In this document: positions 39,300 through 53,600 of the stretch, in pieces | Layout of the letters: each line of letters starts with the position of its first letter | Numbering within the stretch: the first letter of the stretch is position 1 | NCBI RefSeq assembly: GCF_018350175.1 | Contig: NC_058368.1 | Location: forward strand, 64,668,001 to 64,732,000 | DNA length: 64,000 nt | Reading direction: 5' to 3' | Source: Felis catus | Taxonomy: Eukaryota | Made by a program: the position numbers and the translations under genes | Notes under the pieces: generated by a model | What the model was told of the DNA's origin: nothing | What the model saw: only the letters and a program-made list of their open reading frames with translations | Databases searched by the model: none

Positions 39300-39703
39300 T
39301 GTGTCAGGGGTGCCCAACACTCAGGCTTGGTGATTCACTAGAAATATCCACAGGACTCAGATATCTGAATTACACAGGACATAGTTAATTCCTCTGACAG
39401 GTGTGACAATATGTACAAAGTGTTATCTACCAAGGAGACTCTCCTGAGCCATGTACATATTGACTGTATGACTGACTTCCATTACTACAGCTCTAGATTC
39501 CCAGAAGGAAAGCATCCATTCACCATAAGGACCACTTTTTGCTTAAATTATCTAGACAAATTGATCTAACATAGTTTGAGGTCTGAATTCCAAAATCTCA
39601 ATTCCCAAGAGTTGGCCAAGGGCCAGTATTGAAAACGGACCCTCGTTGGGGATGTGCAGGATTTGAGCAACACAGGTCTACAGAGCTAACTCTTACCTAC
39701 CCA
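39300..39703 (-). mobile_element. MER77/MER68-like LTR
   Basis: rc AAGAGTTAGCTCTGTAGACCTGTGTTGCTCAAATCCTGCACAT..ACTGGCCCTTGGCC resembles the recalled 5' end. Confidence 0.6.
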
Positions 39704-40029
39704 ACGGTTTTTCCTTATCCTAAACTCTAAGAGATTTTCTTTCTTCTTAGCATCAACGTCTTCCCCCAAACCCTAGAATCCTTTCCTTTCCATGAAGACT
39801 TCTAAAGGGGCTCTCAGGGTTTGGGCTCAGTTTTGTTTTGCTTTGTTTTCCTTTGATTATGCAAGTGAGAAACAAAAAATTCCGTAGAGAACATCTGGAT
39901 TATTTTATAGCAGAATTATCAAAAATAGAAGGAATTGTTCAACAGATTGCACCCAGGAGGCATAACACATTCTGCTTAGGGAAGCTCTGGGTGTATCAAG
40001 GGCTGGGTATACCTCTTTCATGGCCATAT

Positions 40030-40430
40030 TATTTAGAGTAAACCTAGGCTGCTTTACCAAGGAAGCTCAACATTAGTTCACTTGCCTAAAGAAGAAAACT
40101 AGATGACTTGTGTTACAATCTGAAGTGAGGAGTTAAGTCTGTACGTCTCTGCCATATATAATCACTCAGTAATGAAGCTTTCTTCCGCCATGTTGTGACC
40201 TCATTCAGAGACTCATCATCCTCTGCCTAGACAAGTCTAAATCAACATGGGTTCCAGACAGGAAGAAGGCAAAAGAGAAAGTTCAGGAGGTATCCCATTG
40301 TCTTAAGGACCAAGTCTACAAGTAGAGAGTATCCCTTTCAAACCCCTTAACGGGGGAAAACTTACTTACATGAGCATACTTACCTGTAAAAGGAGCTGGG
40401 AAATGTAGTTTGACCATATTCTCAAAAGGA
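40030..40430 (-). mobile_element. Old MaLR LTR relic (MLT1-class)
   Basis: GGAGCTGGGAAATGTAGTTT terminal motif. Confidence 0.45.
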
Positions 40431-40448
40431 AGAGAAGAATGGATTTTT

Positions 40449-40646
40449 TGAAGTTCATTTATTTATTTTGAGAAAGAAAGTATGAGTGAGGGTGGGCCAG
40501 AGAGAGAGGGAGAAAGAAAATCCCAAGCAGGCTCCATGCTGTTAGCACAGAGCCCAAACTGGGACTCCAACCCACAAACTGTGAGATCATGGCCTGAGCC
40601 AAAATCCAGAGTTGGATGCTTAACCAACTGAGCCACTTAGGCATTC
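40449..40646 (-). mobile_element. Can-SINE
   Basis: TSD AGAGAAGAATGG(A/G)TTTTT at 40431 and 40647. Confidence 0.92.
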
Positions 40647-40984
40647 AGAGAAGAATGGGTTTTGTTAGTCAACCTGCAGTCCACATCTCATGTGGATTTT
40701 TTTTTGTCACAAGTAAATAAATTGCATGTTGACTAAACGATCAGCTATTAAAACTGAACTGTCACACCTTGACTTTCCTGAGTATCTAGCACTTTTTAAA
40801 TTATACTTTTTCTTCAAATTAACCACTTAGCAGGAGAGATTTAAGCCAGCACACTCTAATTGTGCTTTGTATAGATTAATTTCATACTCACTTTTATTCT
40901 TATGCTAATTTTGCCAAAATGAATGGAAAAAAATGAGTAGAAATAACCTGTTCTATTTTAATAAAAAAAACTCTTTTTTGCAGT

Positions 40985-41170
40985 TTTTTTATTTTATTTT
41001 TGAGAAAGAGCATGAGCAGAGGAGGGGCAGAGGAGAGGGAGCCAGAAGATCCCAAGTGGGCTCCCAGCTAAAAGCAGCGAGCCCCACACAGGACTGTACT
41101 CCATGAACCATGAGATCATGACCTGAGCCAAAGTCAGATGCTCAACCGACTGAGCCACCCAGGTGCCCCC
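40985..41170 (-). mobile_element. Can-SINE
   Basis: GAGATCATGACCTGAGCC..CTGAGCCACCCAGGTGCCCC. Confidence 0.9.
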
Positions 41171-42228
41171 AGAAACTTTAGTTTTTAATGAGCATTTATA
41201 GTATGTGTTAAAAGTCCAACACTTTTATGGAATTTTATCTCACTGTTGTTACTTTTTAGGTGTCTACCAAAAAGAAGATATTGATAACTGTGTGTTTCCA
41301 TTTTATACTTATTTTTCAATATATCACATACAGACTTTTCTTGACAATACAAATGGCTCTCTCTTCTCATCACCATACATGGTTTTCTATTTATCTAGAA
41401 AGCATAGCAGTAAGTGCCTTCATGATTCTTGCTGATTCTTCATTAAGGAATTTAAGTGCAATTTGGGCATGAAGTGTTCAGGTGCTTTCAGCAGTCACTG
41501 AATGTTCACCAAAACCGTGGGCCCCATTACATTTCCCAGACAGATCGCTGAATTATTGAACACACATAAATGCTATGCAACCTTGATTAGAGAATTGTTA
41601 ATCAACCTATGCTGGTATGTAGGTCAAAAACCAATTAAAAATCTGTGACTGGAATATATGATTAAGGAACAATTAAATGCACAGTTTTAAAAAAGGACGG
41701 GAGAAAGGAAGACAAATACGCTGAATTATTCTTTTCTGTACTCTGCAAGAAGTGTTCTTAGTGACATTAATCCTACAATATTATCAGATTTATGAATTTT
41801 TAAAAAATGGTTTGGCTGATAAAAAGTATATTCATTTCTCAGCAAATACTGTGCTTGTCACTATGGCTTCTTTAAAATACCATTGTTGCAGGTCTAGTCC
41901 TGGATTTTATTGTTTTCTTCCCTAAAATAAATTATGTATGATGTTTTAGGGAGGCTTTGAAGTTCAATCAGTTTTGGCAAAAAGTAGTATTTTGCAAATA
42001 GTTAAATTAGAATTCTGTCTGTAATTTATCCCTTTGAAACATTTCTGCATCAGAGAGACCTGAAAAATAAATGAGCAGCCATTTCACTAGTTTTGCAAAA
42101 TATACTGTTAGGATACTGAGGGAAAATGGTTTGCTTGGGTTTTTGTTAAGGTGGTATGAAAAGACTGGGGAGAAAAAAAAAAAGAAATGTAGTATTAGCT
42201 CTTTAATCTATAATTTAAAAAAACTAGA

Positions 42229-42443
42229 GGGGCTCCTGGGTGACTCAGTTAAGTATCCAATTCTTGATTTCAGCTCAGATCATGATCTCACAGTCTATCA
42301 TGAGATCAAGACCCATGTCAGGCTCAGTCCTGGTGATGGAGACTGCCTAAGATTCTCTCTCTCAGTCTCCCTCTGCCCCTCCCCCACTCCTCCCTCTCTC
42401 CCTCTCTCTCTGTCTCTCTCTCTCTCTGTCTCAAAAAAGAAAG
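42229..42443 (+). mobile_element. Can-SINE
   Basis: GGGGCTCCTGGGTGACTCAG head, CT tract, A tail. Confidence 0.88.
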
Positions 42444-44282
42444 AGCTAGAAAATCAGGTAATGCTACCTAGGTTAATGTAAGTGGTATAAGGTGATGGTG
42501 GAAAGAGATTTTGAATTCATATATGTTGAAATTTTTTAATTGTATTTTTTATAAAGTTACTTAGAAAGGAATTAAACTTTTTAGTAATTTGGTCAGGAAG
42601 TCTAAGTTGGATGAAACTTACTTCTTCCTTCCACTTTTAGACTTGTAGACTGTTCATAGATTGAAATCAAGTCTGCTGCTTTCTCCTGCAAAAGCTCATG
42701 TCTATGATTTCCTTCCTTAGTGTGCAGAGAGTATGATAGTTTATATTAAGTACAAGGGTCAGGAATGAAAGTCCTAGATATTTAACACTGCTTTTGTTGT
42801 TGGTTTCCTTAATTTGCAAGACAGTATCATGAGCGAGTTTTCTTGGTGAGCTTTTTTTTTCTTTGTTTTGTTTTGTTTTATTCCTCTCCTCAAGAATAGC
42901 ATGAATGTCATCATGAATAAGCCTTAAATTCAACAATATGGTACAATGTGAATTTCATTTTATAAATATTTCATAAACTGTTAACTCATGTGTTTTTCCC
43001 ATTCCAAGTAATGACTTGGTTTGGTTCGGGTAAAACTGACTTCCCTTTAAAAAATTGCTATACTTTCTTTGGGATTTCTGTCAAGTTATTAGGACAATTG
43101 TTTTTTGAACAACCTCAATGGTTGAAAAGTACATTTTTGTCAACAGGCTTAATGTTCCGACATTTCCAAAAGTTTTAATGGCCATACCTGATTATGTGGA
43201 AAATGTATCTGGATGAAAATAGTTTGAAACCATCACATAGAAAGATTTGACAAAGAGAGGAATTTGAAGATTTTAACTTTTGTCCTTCGAAAATGGTGTC
43301 ATATGAGAAGAAATCTAAAACCCTCTGTCTCATTTTATCCCGCTCTTCTCCAAGACCTATACAATTACTTTCAGTGACTATGTTCTGGAGCAGAGCAACA
43401 CAGTCAGAACCATTATCTGCTAGTGGCACCTACAATCCTGTTCAGAGTGGATTAAATAGAATAGCTCACATTAGAGAAATAAGTTTTGAGAGGACTTTTG
43501 TTTAAAATGCTGCTTATACTTGAGTCCGTCTAAGAGAATGGGAGGGTGCGGAAAAGCAAATTGGGACTATGAGACATAGAAATGAGAGCAATTTGTTTTT
43601 CCTCCCCCTTCCAGCAGAAGGCACTGCTATGCAGGCAGAAGTTTCCATGTTCTGGTCTGCCAGGTAGAGCCTCATATTGTTTCTGCCATCGAACACGGTC
43701 CTTTTCAAGAGCATGTGTGTATATTTTGACCCGGCTTGAGAACATTAGAGGTGTTTTCAGATTTGAGAAAAAGTGGTCCAATAATTTCCCTTGATAAAGT
43801 CTCACTTTTGTGGGCCAAAGTGAGCTGTCTTGTGGATATGAGAGAATCAATAATGATAATAACCTATCATTTTTAATATGAATTTTTAATATGAATTTCC
43901 TTTCATTTATAATAACACTTGATCATAAAGTGAAGTAACTAAGAGTATTGTGTTTGAAAACAGACAGAACTAAATGTGAATTCAAGTACCATGAAGTATT
44001 AGATTTACTTATTTTGTATGTTATTTGATGTCTTTCTTTTTTTCTTTCTTTTTCATTTGTAAACTCCCTCAGAGTAAGATTATTATCTGTTTTGGCCATT
44101 GATGTTCCAAGTGTCTAGAAAAGTAACTGGCAGACAGTAAGTACTCAATACGTATAAATAACAGAATAAATGTATCATTGTTGATATTAGAATACGTAAT
44201 TCACTCTGCACATGCTCTGTTGTCTGAGAAAATGATTTTAATAATACTTGCAGACTTATGAAGTTTAAAGCAGATAATATTT

Positions 44283-44487
44283 GTGGAGCACCTGGGCGGC
44301 TCAGTCGGTTGAGTGTCCGACTCCTGATTTGGCTCAAGTCACCATCTCGGGGTCATGAGATCGAGCCCTGCATCAGGCTCTGCGCTAAGCATGGAGCCTA
44401 CTTGGCATTCTCTCTCCCTTTACCCCACTCCCCTGCTTGTGCTCTCTCTCTGTCTCACAAAAAAGCAAATAAATAAAATAAATAAAT
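44283..44487 (+). mobile_element. Can-SINE
   Basis: TSD AAAGCAG(A/G)TAA(T/C)ATTT at 44267 and 44488. Confidence 0.9.
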
Positions 44488-47400
44488 AAAGCAGGTAACA
44501 TTTCTAAAGTTTTTAGAACAGTGCCCATAACAAGTGCCCAGTAAATGTCAGTGTCAATGTTAAAAGTTAAATGCATAACTCCCATGCAAATATGAAATAA
44601 ACACGTCAGAAATTTATTTAACTCATTAATGAGGAACCAATGAGGTGCCAAATATGGCTTTAAAAACACTATAAGAACTGGATATTTATTGACATTTTAA
44701 AAATAAAGACTACTAAGAATAGATATATAACTGTCATACAGGATTGTTTTTTCTACTAGACAGAAACCTAATGGCCAGCGTTTAATTTTGCAGTATCTGA
44801 GCTGTAACCAAATAGTAAATAGCAAAGTCAAACACAGGTATATTCTCTTAGTCAATTAAATAATTGGTGGGTGGGTGTGTTCAAAAGTGTCAATGTATGA
44901 TGTTGGAAAAATGTGCTTTATTCTCTTGCATAATTTTCACCTTGGAATATTTTTCTTAATAGTTGTTATTATTTTTTAATAGGGAGTCCATCACATTGGT
45001 CTCATCTACAGGTTAGTTTCACATAGAGTTGCCCCTCAGTATGGGTTGGGAGAGAGTACCTGGATGAAGAGTGAGGTAGTGAGTGAATAGATTATCACTG
45101 TTGGATTGTTTTTTTCTCCCTCTACCCAATGGTACCTATGACTGAATCTATGAATAAAGAATAAAGTATTCTTCAAATCAATATAGGTATATAGATATAC
45201 ATTGGTAAATGCAATAATCACAATATAACCTGATTAGGGTAATAATAAGCATTACTGTAGAATGTAAACAAATCGTATTTCTATTTGATAAAAAAAAAAT
45301 TGAAATGATTCTCCAAACTGTGTCTTCTGCATTATTTATGTATGTTTACTTAATGATCTATTTCTGAAACTTTTTTAAAAAATATATTAAATAAGGTTTT
45401 AAATGGTATTCTCTATAACAGGAGAATATGAGCTTCAACACTGTTACCCAGAGGTAAATCTTACTAAATAGATAAATGTCATAGCCATGCTCTATATCAG
45501 TTTTATTTGTATATAGTTGAATTAGTAGAGTTTCTCCAGCATTTTAGAATTTTAAAGAAACTTGAATCACTTACTTAATCATACCTCCTCATTATACAAA
45601 CTGAAAGTTAGAAACCCACAGAGATCAGTGTAGTTATCTAAAAGTATTTAGCCATATAATTACCCAACTAAGCTGGGAATTTGCTGCTTCTTCCTCTAGT
45701 CTATCACTCTTGTCTAGAAGTATTTTTATTTTTATTTTATTAAAATCTCAAATCTTACATGGTTCTCCTTTGTCTGATAAATATGTTATTGGACCCCAGA
45801 TTTAATAGGTAGTGGGAGGGATTGTCCAATAGAAAGAATGGATGCTTTAATTAATGACATTCAAGTTCAATCTAGCATAAAAAATTCTCATCCAAACGTA
45901 TCCGCGCACATGTGTGTGCGCGCACGTGTGTGTGTCTGAAATTTGAGCCCAGAATTCTACCGTGTGACCCCTCCTGTGAGAGGGAGTATAGAGTTGGAAT
46001 CCCAGCACTCATTTGTTACACATGATCTCATTATCCTGATGACTTAGCTGTGTCCACACTGTCTAGCCTACTCGCTTCCGCCTTTTCCTATGCTCCAACC
46101 ATCCTGCATAAGGCACCAGTTGTACTAGTCTCTCTATGTAACCTATCTCATGTTTCTGTAACTTTGCATCTGCAATACCTTTGAGTTCTCCTTGCTCACT
46201 TTACAAAACTACTACTGCTTTGTTAATGGGTCAAAGTGGCTTCTGTATGCAGTTTTCCTGGATTCCCCACCCCGCCAAAGAGCTAACTATTCCTCTGTGC
46301 AGTGAATTCTATACGTTATTCTATGTTGATTGGCATAGGAGTTTCTAGTTTATTGTTTGTGTTTGAATATTAATTTCCTGTTACACTTCAAGCAACTCCA
46401 GTATAAAAAAAGAGTGCCAGATCTTCCAAACCCTGGAAATAAGGAAAATTCTTCTAATGCATAGTATTTAGTATTTAATAAGTGTATTAAATAGTATTTA
46501 ATAAGTGTATCAGGAGGAGAAAAAGATGGGAAGAAAGAAGGGTGGTATGGTGAGGGGAATGATTGAAGGACATATGGATTCTGGCACTTATTACTTTAGA
46601 CAAATCATTACATCCTTTCTTTTGAGTTTTCTGAAGGGGAAAATAATACCTATCTGACAGGTTTGTCCTAAGATTTCAAAGAAAGTTAAAACACTAGAAG
46701 TGGCCAGTTCTTTTGCTTCACTAGATAAAACTTTATCTAACCTCCATTTACTATTCAGTATGCAAGCAAAAAAGAGTGCTTTGTGATGAGACTGGTTAAG
46801 GTAATGGACTTGAACCAGTCCCAATAATGAAGTTTATGCTCCCACTGTTTTGACCAGCTTTCATGCATGAAAACCCTATGTGGCACAAGCATCTAATCTT
46901 AGAATGCATTTTATTAATGCCTTTAAGTAAGGAAAACATAACATTCACACTACTTAAAGTATATCAAGACTTGAGTGGTATTAAACCTCAAGTTCAGTGT
47001 GAAAGCAATCTTAACATTTCCTTGGGTAAAGTTGAATTTTATGCTTAAAAATAAAAATAGGAAGAAAACCCCAGCAAACTATCTGTTGAACTTTGAGCTA
47101 AACTGGAATTCATGCCAGGTAAAATACACGCTCTGGGTTTATAAGTTGTTACAGATATTTCATTATTTAAACAGCTATTTCATGAAAGAAAATAAATAGG
47201 AACATTGTATTTCATTTTAGTACAGTTTATCCAGAGAGTCCATTAATTGTTTGTGAACAATTTCACAAGGTTGTATCATCTAGTTTATCATATAATTCAA
47301 AATTTTCCCAGTGAAATCTTGATAATGGCCCACAAATCATTCCCAATTTCAGCTAGAAAAAAAATGCACTCCTATCATGCTTTGAAACTATATTCATGAC

Positions 47401-50400
47401 AATTCTGAGGTTGAATACAGTACCTCAGTCATTTGTGTCACTCTAAAGGAAAGTATCGCTTTTGCTGTGCCACACTGAGGCAGCTTACACATGTTTTGCT
47501 ATTGCTAATCTAGAAACAACATTCAGACCTTTTGAAGAGAGAGAAGAGAATGTACATCAACACATTTTCCTTAATTGCCCTAAGAAATCATCTTCAATGT
47601 GTTCTGCAGAATACACGAAAATCACAGAAGTCCCTAGGCAGGCCAAATAAAATCAGATTTTGCTTCTGAAAAAAAAAAACCCAAAACTAGATAAATGGCA
47701 AATAGGCTTAAATTCTGATAAACCATGTACCTTAAAAATACAGTAACAACAGTCATGCCCAAGTAAGTAATAGAATTAATTGTAGGGGGACTCATCCCAG
47801 TAAGGGGCATGGGGAAATAGAGAACTTTTCCTTCCCGTGCCCCCAGAGGCATAGTCTGTGAAGACGTGACTGGATCACTCATTGAGAGTCAGGTGTCTTC
47901 CATCTTTGTTCTTCTTTCTCTTTGCCTAGAAGCAACTCCTCAGACTGGAGTTTACAACCAACATTTTAGGAAACAGATGTCCATGGCCAGGAAATAATCA
48001 ATATTTAAGTTTCAATAAGGCAATCCATTCAAAATATTTTTGTTAGAAAAGTCCACCTTCAAAAATCTATAGTATTATTCATAAATATCAATAAAATGGA
48101 TTCAGTAGTTCTCAAGAGTCTTATTGTCATAGTTAGCAGGCCAATGTTCTTCTCTTAACTTTTTATAACCCAGTTATTTTAAATAACTTTTTCAAAAGTT
48201 TTAAAACTTTTTAGAACTTAAAAAAATTCTGTATATAGGATTTACTCCAAAGATTTCTCTAATAAATTTTAAAGAGAAAATTCTAATGTTTATTAAAACA
48301 CTGAAGGCATTCCATGCTGTCTCTTAAAAATGCCTGTCTTTCTCTTAGGCCATATGACTAAACAAGTGTTTCCAACGGCAAGGAAGTCATGTGTTTTGGT
48401 GTATGTTTTATGCTAGTATGTAAAACAGGATGTTCTTACTATCTCTTCGGTTATGAGATCCCAAATACTTAAGAGCTTTAGTTTTAGAAAGTTTCAAGCA
48501 ATCAGCCATTAAAATTGCATGGGAGGCGTATTTGCATTGGGTACCAGGGAGAATATTTTTAGCTCAGAGCTATTTTAGACATGACTGGGTAAAAGTGAAC
48601 TCCCTTACTGTCCCAAGAGTATACATACATTTCTACAATAAATAATGAAGAATGGGGAAAAAAAAGATACAAAGAGTAATACTGCATTTGGAATTAGCTC
48701 TGTAAGGTCTTTGAAAGGAGGTTAATGTGTAAAAGGGCATCTCTATTCATGGCAACCTGAATGCTGATAAATAATACATAATGCTGGCGATTATCACCTA
48801 ATTTCAATATTTATTGAAAACTGCTATTTCAGAGCAATCAAAGCATATCGAGAATTGTGCTGTTATCTACATTTGTGTAAATTTTCCCAAAATATTGAGT
48901 TTCAGTGATTATCATTAGAATAATTTATTATTAACTTTCTGGAGCCTTGAATACATATGGAAAATGATTCAAATCTTGTATCACGAGGTTTTTCTATCTA
49001 TTGTATCCTTCCTAAGGTTGATCCAAATAAGAGAATAAGTTATTCAATGAGGCCAATAAAACATTTCAAAGAGAGGGATGTTTCTAAGAAAAATATAAGG
49101 TTGTATAAACTTCTGTCTCATGCCATCCCATTGCCCATGTACTATTATTTCCTGTCCATTCTTACACCAAAGGCAAACATATACATCCTCCTATAGAGTT
49201 TAAAGCCATTCATGTTGGTCTTATGGTGCCCAGCATTGCACTGCAGAGAACTTCTTAGGCAGAAATTACATTAATTCTCAAAAAAAATTCAACCATCTAA
49301 TAAGTCAGAAAACATTGTTGCCAGCTTTATGCCAGATATTATGATAGGTACAAAGTATACATAAAAAATAATAACTACACATTGCTTCCAACAACCTTTG
49401 CCCTAGAGCCAATCATGGTCTAGTGGAAAAGATGGACACATATTGATGTGTGCTGTAATAAAAGCAATTATAACAAATAATGGTTGCCAGGCACTCTTCT
49501 AAATACTCCCTATATATTAATCCTTATAATACCATGAGTAAATGCTATCATTATTCCCATTGTATATTGAGATGCAGTGTAGGTAAGTGCGAGGGGGTTA
49601 TAGCAAGGGAAGAGGGCATCTAACTTTATCCAGAGGCTTCAGAGACTAAGTAAGAAAGACTTCATAAAAGCAACGAGCCTGAGTTACTGAATACTGATAT
49701 TTCACTAAATACTCACTTGACATATCACATAGAATGCAAGACAGAATGGGAATGTGCAGACAAATGGGGCCAGAGGAGGCTCAGTTTATGAAGGTTGGTG
49801 CACTCTGCTAAGAAATTTTCTTTTATCCAGGGATTTGCAGTAAAGGAATTAGTCTTTTAATCTTATCAACACTCATTTACCAAATAAAATGTAATGTCCC
49901 AATTTCTTTTTGCTGTCTTGTGCTCCTTGGTTGACTAATGCAGACAGAAAACAATTTGATATCACTGAGTATCACTCAGTTATTATTCTCCACAGATATT
50001 TGCAATTTATTAAGGAATACTTGAAGACTATAAATTCTTTGAATTTTCTAATATTGCAGTTTCAAGCCAGTTAGCAGAATGATGAGATGCTTTGGGGCAG
50101 AGAAGCCATTTTCCTACTCCTGTAAATCATTAGGATGGTTGGTTACAAGTAAGTATGGTAGAGTGACAAGTTAGGGGTAGTGGATTTGATTCTCAGGTCT
50201 GTCACTCACTTGTGTGACCTCAGGGAAGTCTTTAGTCTCACTGACCTTCCATTTCCTCAACACTAAAAGGAGTGGAGGAGGAACAGTGAGAGACAGGATC
50301 ATTTCAAATACCTTTTCAAGTTCTTATTTCTTCCACGATACTAATCTTATCCTACACGAAAGACAAGTTCTGACTATGGACCCAAATTGCTTTGAAAATT

Positions 50401-50605
50401 GTCTTTTGCAAAATAGAGTTAAGTCTACAAAAGGTCAAAATGTTCATGAGGGCAACTGAACTTTTTGATAATCTACACACATCCAACAGGAGACATTTCA
50501 TTAAATGTGGAAACTAAAATGACATAGTGGTAATACTTTCCTTCTGAAAAGGGTCTTATAATTCAATCTGTAAACGTCATTCTGCATACCATATGATTAC
50601 CTCCA

Positions 50606-50845
50606 TTTTATTTTATTTTATTTTATTTTATTTTATTTTATTTTATTTTATTTTTTTAAATATTTATTTTTGGGGACAATGCAAGTGGGGGAGGAGCACA
50701 GAGAGGGGGACAGAGGATCTGAAGCAGGCTCTGTCCTCACCGTCTGGCAGCAGTGAGCCTGATATGGGGCTCCAACTCATGAACTGCAAGATCATGACCT
50801 GAGCCGAAATTGGATGCTGAACCTACTAAGCCACCCAGGTGCCCC
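50606..50845 (-). mobile_element. Can-SINE with (TTTTA)n tail
   Basis: TSD TTACCTCCA(T/C)TTTA at 50597 and 50846. Confidence 0.92.
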
Positions 50846-51368
50846 TTACCTCCACTTTATACTTAAGGAAGCAGAATCCCATAATTTAAATAAGATGTTC
50901 TGGGCTTTAAGACTTTCCAAACATCACATAGCTGAGCAGTGGTTGAGCTGGAGGCTAAACCTCTGTCTTCTGATTCCAAGCCCACTGCTTACTTTACCAC
51001 AACTGTTTTGTGTTGACAATTAAGACTTAGTGGTATAGACAATTTCATAAATGATAGGGGTATTCTATCTCAAATGGTGCTAGAAAGATAATAGGCATAA
51101 CATCAAGTATATTGATCACTTGAACCACAAAGAGAGAAAGCTTGCATTTCCAGCAGTGTGAGAAGTGTGCGATGCAGGACTGTCAACGTGCTCACATTTC
51201 TGTAGTACGTGTGGTAAAGTAACGGCACTGGGGGAACTCAGCGGAGAAATCACAGAAGGAGTCTGACTTCAGCATATTTCTGTTTGAGTTTACATGATCT
51301 ATTGGCTTTAAGAATCTGTATAGCCTTCCTGAACATGCTTTTAAAATACATGTATCTAGAGTATCACT

Positions 51369-51565
51369 GGGGTGTCTGGGTGGCACAGTCAGTTAAGTGT
51401 CTGACTTCTGATTTCAGCTCAGGTCACGATCTCATTCATGAGCTCGAGTCCCGTGTTGGGCTCTGTACTGACAGTGTGGAGGCTGCTTGAGATTCTCTCT
51501 CTCCCTCTCTCTCTGGCCCTGTCCTGTTTGTGCAAGGGCACTCTCTAAATAAGTAAATAAACATT
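51369..51565 (+). mobile_element. Can-SINE
   Basis: GGGGTGTCTGGGTGGCACAGTCAGTTAAG head, CT tract. Confidence 0.88.
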
Positions 51566-52199
51566 TATAGTCACATTCCCAAAGCATGTTCTCTGGGATG
51601 CCAAAAATATTTTGAAAAAAAAAAAGATTTGTGTTGAATTTACAAAGGCAGTAAAATAGACTTATTTAGTCTCATGTATGCTAATTAATACTAGTTTTAA
51701 TTTTCTGAGAAGGCTCATAAAGGGTATGACAAATGCAGCATTTCTCAAACTGCTTTGACCAAGAAAGTTTCCTCCACAAACACATACATACCCCCAAAAG
51801 TATGTAAAGCAAATGAAAAGGCTGATATAAATAAGGATTTACATTTTCCTCAGTAAAATCAAAGAACTTTAAAGAATAATGACAGAAAGCTAAGTTTTCT
51901 GAAGAAAGACATGATAATACCTAGAGGGTATTGTAAAAATTTATGCTTCTGCTCTCTTTAATTAAACTTCTACTATAGAAATACAGAGAAAGTGAATTTC
52001 AATACCTTTAGTTTCCTGCTAATGTATGCCAATCAGAATTTACATCTTTCATCAAATATACTTGTTTCATAAGACCACAGCATACTTTGGATACAGTCAA
52101 TGGTACGTGAAAAAAAAAAATCTAGATATGCTCTGTGGGACATAACTGGTATATGCAAAATAGACTCTGTCTGCAGGATTTATGACCACTAATGTACTC

Positions 52200-52350
52200 T
52201 TTTTTAACTGAAGAATAATATATACAATATTAGTTTCAGATGTACAACACAGTGATTTTTCTAATTCTGTACATTCCAAAATGCTCACCATGATAAGTGT
52301 AGTTATCATCTGTCACCATACAAAGTTATTACAATATTATGGACTGTATT
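52200..52350 (-). mobile_element. L1 3' end fragment
   Basis: TATTAGTTTCAGATGTACAACACAGTGATT..CATCTGTCACCATACAAAGTTATTACAATATTA. Confidence 0.75.
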
Positions 52351-52589
52351 AATAATTATATACCTTTGATCTTCAAATATTAGTGAATTTGTAAGAATTT
52401 ATTATATAACATTGTTGACCTGTTTTATTATCAAAATATTTAGGACATGCATTTTTTCGTTTTTTTTTTTCTTTTTTCTTCCCAGATATTAGGAAATGGA
52501 TTATTAAACTACCACAACCTATATCCATCATACTATTGATGATATTGTATTTATTTAAACAAAAAATATTATATTTTATTATTTAAATT

Positions 52590-53600
52590 ATTAACTTTAA
52601 AGATGGGCATTTCATTTATTTAAAAAAATTTTTTAAATACAATTTATTGTCACATTGGTTTCCATACAACACCCAGTGCTCATCCCAACAAGTGCCCTCC
52701 TTCATGCCCAAGATGGGCATTTTAATAAGAATATAACATAAAAGAATAATTGTGTAAGACTCTCTTTCATGAATCCTTATGTACCAAATAGCATAGCTTC
52801 AAAATACATAAAGTAGTAACTGTATTAACTATGGTAACTATAACGAGAAAGACACAAAATAATTTTGAAAAACTTTAATATCCCTCTTTAAGTCCATGAA
52901 AATTTAAGTAAACAAGAATTTAGAACAATTGGGAAAATATAAATAAAATAAAGAATGTAATGCATAAATGTAAATACATATGCTTATATATTTGACTGCA
53001 TAAAAACTCAGGTGCCTTTATTTCAAGTGTTACAGGACATTGAAATAAATCAGACAATAAATTCAACAGTGGCAAAGAACACACATGAAGTTACAAGGCT
53101 TTAATAATGAAATTATAAAGTCCTGAGACAACTCTTGCAGTTGCTTAAATTTTAACTCCTATACTAACCACCTCTAAGCCAAGTAAAAAACAAAAACGGA
53201 CTTTACAGAGTATCTTTATTATAATGGTTATAAAATATTTCTTATCAAGACTATGGTTTACAGGAAAACCGTGCTCTAAAAGCAAATACAAAATAGCTTT
53301 AAATGTTCATGTTGCTTTAAAAAGAAAGGACAATACAAATGAATTAAGCATTTAATTTAAAAAGTGCTAAAAAGGCAACATTGACCAGAGAGAAGAAATA
53401 CAGATTAATCTTAAAAAGGAAAAAAAGTGTGCCAATAAATAAACCCAGAAACTGATTTTTTCAAATCAACAACATGTTTATAATAGTTAAGCTACACAGT
53501 AATTTAATCATGGCAAAGGGAGTGGGCATTGAGAAACAGGAAAGAAAAAGGCACATATGCATCACAAGAAAATAGAAAGAAACTAGGGAATAATTTGAAA
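52590..53600 (+). mobile_element. Ancient L1 ORF2 (endonuclease-region) relic
   Basis: Degenerate match to the L1 EN motifs GHF..IYAPNN.ASKY.K..DFN.PL (TATGTACCAAATAGCATAGCTTCAAAATACATAAAG; ACTTTAATATCCCTCT). Confidence 0.55.
52613..52709 (-). mobile_element. 97 bp felid L1 3'-end insertion
   Basis: TTTCCATACAACACCCAGTGCTCATCCCAA as in the 17161 element; perfect 13 bp TSD AAGATGGGCATTT at 52600 and 52710. Confidence 0.92.
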
